Source: an uncultured Candidatus Saccharibacteria bacterium
GTDB lineage: Bacteria > Patescibacteriota > Saccharimonadia > Saccharimonadales > EFPC-124
NCBI GenBank assembly: GCA_964550035.1
Contig: CAZJVU010000001.1
Span: 147,990 to 211,989, forward strand
Length of the DNA: 64,000 nt
Direction: 5' to 3'
In this document: positions 36,410 through 45,392 of the stretch, piece by piece
How the letters are laid out: every line of letters starts with the position of its first letter
Position numbering within the stretch: the first letter of the stretch is position 1
The notes under the pieces: model-generated
Told to the model about the DNA's origin: nothing
The model's database searches: none
What the model saw: only the letters and a program-made list of their open reading frames with translations
Program-made: the position numbers and the translations under genes

Positions 36410-37684
36410 ATGGCAAGAAAACCTGTTTTTGCGCTTGTCGACTGCAATAACTTCTTCGTGAGCTGCGAGCGAGTATTTCGACCTGACCTCTGGGACAAGC
36501 CCGTCGCGGTATTGAGCAACAACGACGCCTGTATTGTGGCGCGCAGCAACGAAGTTAAGGAGATGGGTGTGCCCATGGGCGCGCCGCTCTTCAAGATCGA
36601 CCATCTGATGAAGGGGAAGGGCGTGACGCTGTTTTCGGCCAACTTCCGTTTGTATGGCGACTTCTCGCAGCGTGTCGTGCGGATTTTGACCTCTGTGGCA
36701 CCAGAGATAGAAGTGTATTCGGTCGACGAGTCGTTTCTGGAGATATCGAGCCTGCCCGTCGATAACTATCAGGAGTGGGCCGAGACAGTGCGCGCTTGTA
36801 TCTTGCAGTGGACGGGTATCCCTGTATCTATTGGGGTGGCGCCCACCAAGACACTCGCCAAGGCGGCCTCGGAGTATGCCAAGAAGACAGCAACTTCATC
36901 TGGGGCCTATGTCGTGGCGGAAGATAACAGAGAAGACCTCTTGAGATGGCTCGCAGTCAAAGATGTGTGGGGCGTCGGGCGTGCGCTGGGGCCGAAGCTT
37001 CTGCAGCGCGGTGTCTCGACAGCATATGATCTAACCCAGGTGAGCGAGGTGTGGGCGCGTCAACAGATGTCGATCCGCGGCCTCAAGACCGTCAAAGAGC
37101 TCAAAGGCGAGAGCTGCCTCCCCCTGGAGCACGAAGTCGAACCGCAGCAATCTATCGCTCGCACGCGTTCATTCGGGCACAACGTGCGTGACTACTATCA
37201 GCTCGAGGGCGCCATTGCGACGTTCGCAGCTCAGGCGGCTGTAAAATTGCGTGCGCAAAAGGAGATTGCAACAGGGGTGGTTGTATTCGTGCGAACTCCG
37301 CATAACTTCGAAGGCGGGCATGGTTCCTCGACCCTCGTGCGCTTACCTCAGCCTACCTCTGACACTGGTGAGCTTATTGCAGCTGCGCTCAAGGGACTTG
37401 AGATTATCCGCGATCCGGATTTTGCTTATAAGCGCGCGGGCGTGGCGTTGGTGGGGCTCGTCTCGAAAGAAGCCTGGCAGCTTTCACTCTTGCAAGATTC
37501 TTCGGGGCTAGATAAGAGAGCGGCGCTGATGCAGTCAGTCGATCAGCTGAATACGAAATACAATACGCGATTAATCCGTCACGGCAGCGAGCACCTCGAG
37601 CTTACAGGGTGGCATAGCAAGCACGAACTCCGCAGTCCAGCGTACACAACATCGTGGAGCGATCTGCCTATTATCAAGAGGTGA
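36410..37684 (+). CDS. umuC: Y-family DNA polymerase (UmuC-like)
   Basis: FALVDCNNFFVSCERVF N-terminus and SVDESFLE. The ATG lies one nt after the umuD stop. Confidence 0.85.
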   Translation: MARKPVFALVDCNNFFVSCERVFRPDLWDKPVAVLSNNDACIVARSNEVKEMGVPMGAPLFKIDHLMKGKGVTLFSANFRLYGDFSQRVVRILTSVAPEIEVYSVDESFLEISSLPVDNYQEWAETVRACILQWTGIPVSIGVAPTKTLAKAASEYAKKTATSSGAYVVAEDNREDLLRWLAVKDVWGVGRALGPKLLQRGVSTAYDLTQVSEVWARQQMSIRGLKTVKELKGESCLPLEHEVEPQQSIARTRSFGHNVRDYYQLEGAIATFAAQAAVKLRAQKEIATGVVVFVRTPHNFEGGHGSSTLVRLPQPTSDTGELIAAALKGLEIIRDPDFAYKRAGVALVGLVSKEAWQLSLLQDSSGLDKRAALMQSVDQLNTKYNTRLIRHGSEHLELTGWHSKHELRSPAYTTSWSDLPIIKR

Positions 37685-37707
37685 CGAAGGTGCAAGCGTG
37701 AGCGTTG

Positions 37708-37736
37708 TTGACTTTACATTAGTATTACGGTATAAG
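37708..37736 (+). promoter_or_regulatory. Candidate promoter ahead of cassette H
   Basis: TTGACT-N17-TATAAG in an AT-rich spacer. Confidence 0.4.
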
Positions 37737-37823
37737 TAAAAATACCCTATCGACGACCGCGCCACGCATTTTATGGAAGGGTTGAAGAAAGGGTACATCC
37801 CCCGATCCAGAAGGAGCACCACC

Positions 37824-38210
37824 ATGGACCAGAAGCCGAGACACGCCGCCACCGACACCGGTAACGTCGCGGTCCTCACCGGCAACGACAATGTCATGCG
37901 TCGTCGGGGCATGACTCGCCGCCGCAAGGCCGTCGTCGTCAACAACTCCGCGCCCAGCGCGGTGGTTCACGGCGACAGGGAGATCGTGGTCTCGAAGAAG
38001 TTCCGCGACGTCGTCCAGTCCATCTACACCGGCGGCAACATCGCCGCGACCTGTGAGGGCAACGCCGAGCGTCTCCTCGACGCGATGGTGCACTGCCTCA
38101 ACAAGCGCAACGACCTGCCGAAGTGGACTCGCAGCGACGTGGCGACGGTCATCGGCTACCTGGCCGACAAGGGTGACATCTGGTTGCCCGCCGAGATCCG
38201 CGCGAGCTGA
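37824..38210 (+). CDS. Hypothetical protein (GC-rich cassette H)
   Basis: The ATG at 37824 follows AAGGAG. 128 aa with GC-rich third positions. No family recognised. Confidence 0.55.
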   Translation: MDQKPRHAATDTGNVAVLTGNDNVMRRRGMTRRRKAVVVNNSAPSAVVHGDREIVVSKKFRDVVQSIYTGGNIAATCEGNAERLLDAMVHCLNKRNDLPKWTRSDVATVIGYLADKGDIWLPAEIRAS

Positions 38211-38221
38211 CCATCCTTCGA

Positions 38222-38265
38222 CGGGCGGGGCTGGGGCGACACTGTTCGCCTCACGCCCCGCCCCG
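38222..38265 (+). terminator. GC-rich hairpin after cassette H
   Basis: CGGGCGGGGC ... GCCCCGCCCCG. Confidence 0.4.
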
Positions 38266-38545
38266 AAGTACCCATCTGGATCGGGGATTTCACCTTGCAC
38301 TAGCCAAGAACTTATTTTTTTGATAGAATTTCATCTGTTAGACAGAGGACATTGTGTTTTCTGGCTAATGAATTAGCCAACTATTTTATGGGTTGGACCC
38401 AATGTGTCTAGCGATATATTGGACTACATACTCGAGAGAGTAGGCACCTTTATCGCATCTGGCCCCAATTTGCCTAGGCAAATTGACCCGGATACTCGGA
38501 ATGTCCGATTTTATGCAAGCACAAAATCGTTCGTTCCTGCGTTCC

Positions 38546-38620
38546 GGCCCCGTCGTCCAGCGGTCAAGACACCGGGTTTTCATCCCGGCAACCGGAGTTC
38601 GACTCTCCGCGGGGTCACCA
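38546..38620 (+). tRNA. tRNA-Glu (anticodon UUC), CCA encoded
   Basis: Acceptor GGCCCCG/CGGGGTC, anticodon loop TTTTCAT, T-arm CGGAG-TTCGACT-CTCCG. It aligns by eye with E. coli tRNA-Glu. Confidence 0.9.
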
Positions 38621-38698
38621 TGAAATTATCTCCAACCAAGAAAAGCTCCATCATCTACGTTCGTGGAGCTTTTCTTATGTGACGAGTTTGGTGTACGT

Positions 38699-39294
38699 CT
38701 ACTCGGGCACCCGATACGTTGCCACGATCACACCGGTGTCGCTGGTTGTTTCCTCGACGAGTTTGAGCTTAGCGAAAGGCGCATCATCAAAGAACTTGCG
38801 GCCTTCACCCAGTACCACGGGGTGGATCATGAGCAAGAATTCATCAACGAGACCTTTCTCCATGAGCGAGCGAACGAGTACACCGCTGCCGAAGATAATG
38901 AGTGGCGTGCCTCCGTCCTCTTTGAGTTTGGCGACAGCGTCAGTAGCGTCGTCACCTGTCAGAAGAGTGGAGTTGGCCCACTTCGGCTTGTAATTGGCGT
39001 CGTGTGTTGCGACAAGCTTCTGTACATTTGTCAGAGCTTTGGTCATGGGGTGTTCCGGCTGGCGAACGTGCCACCCTTCGTAGAGATCTTCGTAGGTTGT
39101 CTGGCCAGCAAGGAGGCGCCAACCCTTTTGCATGTGCTTGCTGATTGCGTTTTGGGCGGTCTCATGAGCGTCCGTGTCATTTGACCAGCCACCATGCTTG
39201 AAACCATCACGCTTGTCTTCGTCGGTACGGGCTGGGGCTGGTAGACGCCGTCCAGCGAGAGGTGTTCGATTGCTATAACTTTGCAGTTTGCCAT
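38699..39294 (-). pseudogene. RibD_C / dihydrofolate-reductase-like family gene, apparently frameshifted near codon 20
   Basis: The ATG at 39292-39294 gives the family-typical MANCKVIAIEHLSLDGVYQ. The rest (PAPARTDEDKRDGFKHGGW ... IFGSGVLVRSLMEKGLVDEFLLMIHPVVLGEGRKFF) is in another frame. The switch occurs at TACCAGCCCCAGCCC. Confidence 0.55.
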
Positions 39295-39367
39295 AATGCC
39301 TATGTCCTTTCGTTAGTGACAAGTACGATAGTAATTGGTTCTGGCGGTTATTGATTGTACAGAGCCG

Positions 39368-39880
39368 TCATCGATATATGTACGACGAGCCGACTTGGTC
39401 GCGATAGAAATCGTGAATGTTTTGGGTAATGTCCTTGGGATTGATGCCTGAAAATGCCTTGATGTCACGAATAAAATGCGACTGATCATGAAAGTTGAGG
39501 TGCTTCGCCGCCGAATGCGTTGGGCCAATTGAACTATTGGTTAACATGGAAGCGTCTATTCCGAAGATAGTCCGTAGCGCATGCGGTTTGAAGATAACTT
39601 GGATGGTGGTGTAGGGCGCGGTGAAGTGCATAACGCTTCGATCGGTCACCTGTCCGTGCACAAATAGCGTCGGCACGCGGACCACTCGGCCTGAGGCGAC
39701 GACGATATCTTGTATGGCGGTCTGGTGATTGTGCTGCTGGAAGACAAGGCCGGGGAATGTGTTAGGGCATACTTGCACTGCTACATCGCCCTCGACGTTA
39801 TGCGTTGACATCCTGAAACATTCAATATCTCGTTTGAGCGTGGGTGAGGGGCGTATGAGCTTGAACTGTATGGCTTCCAT
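39368..39880 (-). CDS. AraC-type regulator remnant (N-terminal sensor-like domain plus a partial HTH)
   Basis: It ends with FHDQSHFIRDIKAFSGINP (second AraC helix-turn-helix). The roughly 60-80 aa that normally precede this, including the first HTH, are missing. Only 170 aa in total. Confidence 0.55.
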   Translation of the reverse strand: MEAIQFKLIRPSPTLKRDIECFRMSTHNVEGDVAVQVCPNTFPGLVFQQHNHQTAIQDIVVASGRVVRVPTLFVHGQVTDRSVMHFTAPYTTIQVIFKPHALRTIFGIDASMLTNSSIGPTHSAAKHLNFHDQSHFIRDIKAFSGINPKDITQNIHDFYRDQVGSSYIYR

Positions 39881-39956
39881 TCTATGATTATAGCTTTGAT
39901 GCCAAAAAGTATTTTATAATGTCGTAGGTTCTGGTATCGCAGCAGAAGGGTTTCCG

Positions 39957-40466
39957 ATGGAAGCGTACGAGCTCGTCGAAAAGTTCCAAAAGCTCTGGAG
40001 AAAGGTCGCGAAGAACATACCGCTCGAGGCGGGGTGGCACGGCAAGCATCGGCTCATCGCCATGTTTTTGGTCTCCGGACCCTTGCAGGTCTACCTCGCA
40101 CTGATCGTGGGCCCTCAGGGAGGTGTCAAGGAAACAGTGATCGTGATCGACCCAAGGCAGCGCATCACGACCGACCGACTCGTCATTTACTCGACCGACG
40201 GTGGCGATGTCGGTCGTGGCGCGCTCTTGAAGCTCGACAATCTTCGCCATCAAGTGCTCCAGAAGCCGCGCCCCCAGAGGCGCGATACGGCGATCCTGCT
40301 GTGTCGGGCGGCGATGTGGGACTACTCGCAGCAGTGGGGCGACGCACCGGTACCGCCGGACTTGCTCTGCAGCATGCCGTCGACTTCACAGTCACTCCAG
40401 GATGTCCTCGTTGCCGGCGCACCCAGCCTGGGTAGGGGCGGCGGTGGTGTATCCGGAAAGAACTGA
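39957..40466 (+). CDS. Hypothetical protein (GC-rich cassette I)
   Basis: 169-aa ORF. By my hand tally roughly four of five third positions are G/C in this frame, while the competing minus-strand frames are broken. A hairpin GCGGGCTGC-gcctt-GCAGtaCCGC lies at about 40482-40505. Confidence 0.5.
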   Translation: MEAYELVEKFQKLWRKVAKNIPLEAGWHGKHRLIAMFLVSGPLQVYLALIVGPQGGVKETVIVIDPRQRITTDRLVIYSTDGGDVGRGALLKLDNLRHQVLQKPRPQRRDTAILLCRAAMWDYSQQWGDAPVPPDLLCSMPSTSQSLQDVLVAGAPSLGRGGGGVSGKN

Positions 40467-40577
40467 CGGGCAGGGCTGTCAGCGGGCTGCGCCTTGCAGT
40501 ACCGCGGGCCCTCCCGTACATCCTCTACAAGTTAGATCCGATCCTTGGTTGCTCGACCTTTATTGTGTAGTCCATTA

Positions 40578-40769
40578 TCAGGATGACGAGTCTTTGGGCT
40601 CTTCCTTGGGTACTTTCTTTTGCTGCTGTTGCATGTGATGAATACCCATGCTTATGAGAAAGATCACCGCGGCGATCGGCAAGGCGACTTCTGGCGGCGC
40701 AAAGAAACCGAGCGCAATGCAAGCTATAAAGAAGGGAATCAGGAAAAGCGCAAATTTATTTTTATTCAT
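40578..40769 (-). CDS. Small two-TM membrane protein (hypothetical)
   Basis: 63 aa with backbone-like composition. Two hydrophobic helices, then a QQQQKKVPKEEPKD tail. Confidence 0.45.
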   Translation of the reverse strand: MNKNKFALFLIPFFIACIALGFFAPPEVALPIAAVIFLISMGIHHMQQQQKKVPKEEPKDSSS

Positions 40770-40891
40770 CGAAAGCCCCCGCTGGATAGTTAATCTTAGG
40801 GTAACTATAGCACAAGGCGTTTTGCCGCTGCATACAATAAAGATTCCACGTTGGCCGTGGAATCTTTATTGTATGTGCTGTCAGTTTGTTG

Positions 40892-42355
40892 TTAGCTTTG
40901 AGTACTTTTAGATACGATGTTGTGCGGCAAGAAGATGCTCAGCACAATACACAGCACAAGCAAACCGATCTCAAGCAAGCTGCCTTGCCCAAAGCCTTGG
41001 GCATAGCTCTGCGTCGAGATCAAGCTGCCAAAGAACACGATACCAACCAGAGCCATGCCTAGCGCACCGCCGATCTGTTGCAGCGCATTGGCGACACCAG
41101 ATGCAGAGCCCGCATTTTGTGGATTGACCTGACTCAGCACATACGGGAGCAGCGGTGTAAAGGACAGGCCCATGCCGGCGCCAAAGATGATCAGCATCGG
41201 TGCAAGCTGCCACGTGGTGAGTGCGCCTGAAGCGTGCGTCACGGCCAAGCCAAGCAGCGCAGCGCCCACTACCATGATTGCAGCGCCGATCGTGACGGTC
41301 CATCGACCGAGCTTCGGCATGAGCTTGGGTGTCAGCACTGCCGCTGCTGGCATGATGCCAACCGTGACGAAGATACCAGTAAGAATAGTGTGAAGCGGGC
41401 TAAAGCCGTACCCTGCCTGCAGGAGTAGTGTGAAGGTGAGGGCAAATCCGGTCATCGTACCAAAGATGAGAAGGCTCAAGAATAGTCCGACGTTAAACGA
41501 GCGGTGCTTGAAAAGCGCTGGAATCACGAGCGGCGAACCACCGCGTTTGCTCAAGCGTCGTTGCCACCAAGCGAACAGTCCGAGCACTGGTACCGAGGCA
41601 GCCATCATCGCAAAGCTCCACCACGGCCAGCCCAGCTCGCGACCCTGCACAAGCGGGAAGATCAGCAGACCTATCGCCGCCATGGCAAGCACGGTGCCGC
41701 GACCGTCAATTTTAGGGGCATGCTCTGATTTGCCTTCGGGGAGGTACTTCGCGCCGAGTATCAGCGCCGCCAGGCTGATCGGAAGGTTAATGAGAAAGAT
41801 CGGTCGCCATCCAAGGCCGGCGATGTTCATCGCCATCAGTATGCCGGCCACGATCGGCCCGAGCGTTGTAGCGATTGCGCTCAGCGCGCCGAGCAGGCCG
41901 TTCACCTTAACTCGTTCCTCGGGTTTATAGAGGAGTTGCACCACCGATAGAACCTGCGGAACCATCAATGCCGCTGTTGCGCCTTGGAGCAGGCGGGCGA
42001 TGACGAGCACCTCAGCGTTCCATGCCGCGCCGGTGAGCAGTGAAGTGAACATAAAGCCCACCAACCCCCACATAAAGAGTTTCTTGTAGCCAAACACGTC
42101 ACCCATTCGTCCGCCGGTGATCAGCAGGAGCGCAAACGTGAGCGTGTACCCTGATGCCATCCACAGCAGCGCCGTGTAGCTGGCGTTCATGGTGTGTTGA
42201 ATAGTTGGTAATGCGATGTTCATGATGGTTGAATCCATCAGATCGAGGACGAACGCGGTAGCGATGACCAGAAGTGCGAGTGTGCGCCGTTTACTGGTGT
42301 AGCCGGCCGCATGGGCTTGCGCCGATTTGGGCGCATTTAAGATAGCTGTAGCCAT
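40892..42355 (-). CDS. MFS transporter, DHA2 (14-TMS drug:H+ antiporter) type
   Basis: 487 aa with about 14 helices. GGRMGDVFGYKK motif-A-like loop. Confidence 0.85.
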   Translation of the reverse strand: MATAILNAPKSAQAHAAGYTSKRRTLALLVIATAFVLDLMDSTIMNIALPTIQHTMNASYTALLWMASGYTLTFALLLITGGRMGDVFGYKKLFMWGLVGFMFTSLLTGAAWNAEVLVIARLLQGATAALMVPQVLSVVQLLYKPEERVKVNGLLGALSAIATTLGPIVAGILMAMNIAGLGWRPIFLINLPISLAALILGAKYLPEGKSEHAPKIDGRGTVLAMAAIGLLIFPLVQGRELGWPWWSFAMMAASVPVLGLFAWWQRRLSKRGGSPLVIPALFKHRSFNVGLFLSLLIFGTMTGFALTFTLLLQAGYGFSPLHTILTGIFVTVGIMPAAAVLTPKLMPKLGRWTVTIGAAIMVVGAALLGLAVTHASGALTTWQLAPMLIIFGAGMGLSFTPLLPYVLSQVNPQNAGSASGVANALQQIGGALGMALVGIVFFGSLISTQSYAQGFGQGSLLEIGLLVLCIVLSIFLPHNIVSKSTQS

Positions 42356-42418
42356 GACAGCTCCTTTCTTGTCTTACTTTGATTTACTTTACAGGTGAGA
42401 ACTCATACGTTGCTAGCA

Positions 42419-43231
42419 TCACATACGTGTTTCACTCCCGTCTGCGGCGAGTGCGCGTTCGAGTTTGTCGAGCGTTTGGCCCCAGCCCATCTCGATGCCG
42501 GCAATGTAGGGTGCTCCGGCTGCAGTCGATGCGGCTAGGCGGATAGAGAGCGTCAGCTTGGTGTGCGTTTCGTCGATGGATTCAAACTTTACGGAATCGT
42601 GGCTCTCGAACACCGGTCGGCCATTCTCGAGTGGCGCCATCATAAAGTCTAATCGCTCAGGTTCCTGAAGCTGTGTGTAGTGACCCTCGGCGGTATGGAT
42701 GGTGCCGTCTGGGTTCTGCATATCAACGCGGAGTTTTCCGCCTGGTCGAGGGTCAGACTCTACGTACGATGCGGTTAGGTAATCCGGGCTCCACCAGTGC
42801 TTCATGTCGGTGGCGTTTGTCCAGAAGCGCCAGAGTGTCTTGCGCGACGCAGCGATAGTACGTGTAATAGTCACGCTACGGCCGTCGGCCCACGAACTAT
42901 TCTCAGCGGCGAGTGCTTGCTCGCGCTCTACGGCGGCGATGTACTCCTCGAGCTTATCTGGTGGGTTAAGCCAGTTTGGTTTAAACCTGCTCACCCAGGC
43001 GTATAGCTCCTGGAGCGGCTTTGCCTGGAGGGCATAAATGCGACGCTGACCTTGTGCGTAGGTGAGCGCGAGGCCGGCTTTTTCGAGCGCCTGCAAGTGC
43101 TTGGTGGCCTGCGGCTGACGGATATCGAGAAGGCTGGCAATCTCGCCAACAGAACGCGGGTGTTCGCGAAGAAGTTCGACGATGCGAAGGCGATTTGGTT
43201 CGGCGAGAGCATTGAGCAAGGTTATGTTCAT
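42419..43231 (-). CDS. ArsR-family HTH regulator fused to an SRPBCC/AHSA1 domain
   Basis: LAEPNRLRIVELLREHPRSVGEIASLL and QPQATKHLQALEKAGL, then an Aha1-like C-terminal half. The ATG at 43231 is preferred. Confidence 0.75.
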   Translation of the reverse strand: MNITLLNALAEPNRLRIVELLREHPRSVGEIASLLDIRQPQATKHLQALEKAGLALTYAQGQRRIYALQAKPLQELYAWVSRFKPNWLNPPDKLEEYIAAVEREQALAAENSSWADGRSVTITRTIAASRKTLWRFWTNATDMKHWWSPDYLTASYVESDPRPGGKLRVDMQNPDGTIHTAEGHYTQLQEPERLDFMMAPLENGRPVFESHDSVKFESIDETHTKLTLSIRLAASTAAGAPYIAGIEMGWGQTLDKLERALAADGSETRM

Positions 43232-43337
43232 GACTGAAGTATAACCCAACGGGAATATTCGTGTCAAGGAATATACAAAAAGATTTTCTTCCACCAGAAC
43301 ATACTCGACACATATTCAAACAAAGTATAATAAGAAC

Positions 43338-44765
43338 ATGAGCGTTTTGGACGAGCCACTTGTTTTCGTCGACATCGAGACAAACGGGCTCAACCATATC
43401 AAGGGAAGGGTTATAGAAGTAGCCGCGATTCGGGTAGAGCGCGGCGCAGTTGTTCGTGAGTTTCAGACGCTGATCAGCCCTGCGACGCCATTGCCGCAGT
43501 TCATCACGAATCTGACGGGGATTACGGAGGGCGACCTAGCCGATCAACCGCTGTTTGCCGCGATAGCCCAGGAGTTACAAGAGGTTTTGGATGGCGCGAT
43601 TTTCGTCGCCCACAATGTCAGGTTCGACTACTCGTTTTTGAAGCAAGAGTTCAAACGTATCGGGAAATCATTTCATCCGCGCCAGCTCTGTACGGTGCGT
43701 TTATCACGTGCGCTCTACCCCGAGCATCGGAGCCATAAGTTGCAGAGCCTCATAGATCGCCATGGTTTGCAGGTCAGCGCGCGACACCGGGCGTACGACG
43801 ATGCGCATGCCTTGTGGCAGTTTATCCAGCATGCGCAGCGTAGCCATGCTGCCGACGTGCTCGAGCAGGCGGTTGCTCGTCAGCTCAAGCAGCCGTCGCT
43901 CCCAAAGGCGCTCACGACAGATATGATCACCGCGCTTCCGACTGGCATCGGCGTGTATATTATGTACGACGAGTCGGACGCGCCGCTGTATGTGGGCAAG
44001 AGTATTCATATCCGTCAGCGTGTGAACGAGCATTTTATGCGCGATCACGATAATGTTGGTGAATTCAAGCTATCGCAGAATGTGCACCGCATAGCGGCGA
44101 TCGAAACGGATGGTGAGCTCGAGGCCCTGCTTCTTGAATCGCAGCTAGTGAAAGAACTGCTGCCATATCAGAACAAGCTGCTCCGCCGCACCAACAAGCT
44201 CGTGCTCGCGCTGAAAGAGCCAGACGCCGATGGCTATCATCACGTGCGTACGACCGAAGTAAATGCAGAAGATATCAATAACCCAAAGCACGTCCTTGCC
44301 GTCTATGACCGGCGCGGCAAAATGCGCACCGCACTCCAGGCGGCGGCGAAAGATTGGGACTTGTGCCCCAAGCTTATGGGCCTCGAGAAGTCGAGTCGCG
44401 CATGCTTCTGGTCGCAGTTGGGTAAATGCCGAGGCGCGTGTACGGGCCAGGAACCGCCCGCCAGTTACAATGCGCGTCTTCAGCTGGCATTTACCAATCA
44501 GCAGCTGCAGCCCTGGCCGTATCAGGGCGCAATTGTCGTGGAAGAGGCGATTACTGAAGACAAAACAAGCGGCATTGTTATCGATAAGTGGTGTGTCATT
44601 GGCAAGGTTCGCCAAGAGGACGGCTGCGAACCAGTGGTGGAACGCAGGCGGTCGGGGTTTGATCTCGACACCTATCGGATCCTGAAGAATTATTTGGCGA
44701 CAAAGCGGGATAAGATCAAGATTCGTATCATTGCACCGCAACAATTTGCTGCATTTGCGGAGTAG
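43338..44765 (+). CDS. DnaQ-like 3'-5' exonuclease fused to a GIY-YIG (Cho/UvrC-N-like) nuclease
   Basis: ExoI FVDIETNGL, ExoII FVAHNVRFD, then GIGVYIMYDESDAPLYVGKSIHIRQRVNEH. Confidence 0.8.
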   Translation: MSVLDEPLVFVDIETNGLNHIKGRVIEVAAIRVERGAVVREFQTLISPATPLPQFITNLTGITEGDLADQPLFAAIAQELQEVLDGAIFVAHNVRFDYSFLKQEFKRIGKSFHPRQLCTVRLSRALYPEHRSHKLQSLIDRHGLQVSARHRAYDDAHALWQFIQHAQRSHAADVLEQAVARQLKQPSLPKALTTDMITALPTGIGVYIMYDESDAPLYVGKSIHIRQRVNEHFMRDHDNVGEFKLSQNVHRIAAIETDGELEALLLESQLVKELLPYQNKLLRRTNKLVLALKEPDADGYHHVRTTEVNAEDINNPKHVLAVYDRRGKMRTALQAAAKDWDLCPKLMGLEKSSRACFWSQLGKCRGACTGQEPPASYNARLQLAFTNQQLQPWPYQGAIVVEEAITEDKTSGIVIDKWCVIGKVRQEDGCEPVVERRRSGFDLDTYRILKNYLATKRDKIKIRIIAPQQFAAFAE

Positions 44766-44780
44766 ATTACATGGTGGGGT

Positions 44781-44812
44781 GGCCAGCCCGGGGACGAATC
44801 CCCGGGCTGGCC
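44781..44812 (-). terminator. Perfect 14-bp GC-rich hairpin between convergent genes (after cassette J)
   Basis: GGCCAGCCCGGGGA-cgaa-TCCCCGGGCTGGCC. Confidence 0.55.
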
Positions 44813-44818
44813 GTGCCC

Positions 44819-45229
44819 TCAGCTGAAGAACCCCAGGATGCGGTCGAAGATCGACCGCTTCGGCGCCGGAATGAACCGAACGGCGAACCCGTCACCGTCC
44901 GCGGTCATCCGCGGCGGGATGGCGAGCGCGCTCCAGGTGACGGTCCGTTCCCCCGTCGCCGGGTGCTTGAGCACGATCCCCTCGCGGGTGAGGTGCATCA
45001 GGCGACCGACGGGCGGGAGGACCGTGGACGTCCCGGCGGGGACGGCGTAGAGTGCCTGGACCCAGATCTCCTTGCTGTGGTAGTCACAGCCGAAGAGCTC
45101 GCTGATGTCGGTGATCAGCTTGGTGGTGGAGTCCAGCCCGAGCTGGGTCCCGAAGCGTTCGATGAACTCGTCGCGACTCACGCTCTTGGCGCCGGGGGTC
45201 GAACCGGTGGAGACCTGCTGGTGCTGCAT
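44819..45229 (-). CDS. Hypothetical protein (GC-rich cassette J)
   Basis: The ATG at 45229 (MQHQQVSTG...) follows GAAAGGA. 136 aa with GC-rich third positions. No family recognised. Confidence 0.55.
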   Translation of the reverse strand: MQHQQVSTGSTPGAKSVSRDEFIERFGTQLGLDSTTKLITDISELFGCDYHSKEIWVQALYAVPAGTSTVLPPVGRLMHLTREGIVLKHPATGERTVTWSALAIPPRMTADGDGFAVRFIPAPKRSIFDRILGFFS

Positions 45230-45290
45230 GGTGTGTCCTTTCTGAGGTGCGGGCTTCAGCACCTCAAGGTGGAGGGACAAAGCTTTAGCG

Positions 45291-45319
45291 ATTTTACAAC
45301 TTTAAAACACTTTTGTCAA
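45291..45319 (-). promoter_or_regulatory. Near-consensus promoter directly upstream of cassette J
   Basis: TTGACA-N17-TAAAAT on the minus strand. Composition switches to GC-rich about 10-20 nt downstream. Confidence 0.5.
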
Positions 45320-45392
45320 TATTATCCATAATGCTAGTGTTTTACGCAGCAGTTGCTATAATGAAGCGTTGTAAAAAACGAGAAAGAAATGG

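Noticed and set aside
45243-45270. Inverted repeat TGAGGTGC-N8-GCACCTCA just upstream of the cassette J SD, considered as a riboswitch or attenuator
   Set aside because: It is too short and carries no ligand-binding-like conserved core. It does not overlap the SD, and it could simply be the cassette boundary or a minor operator.
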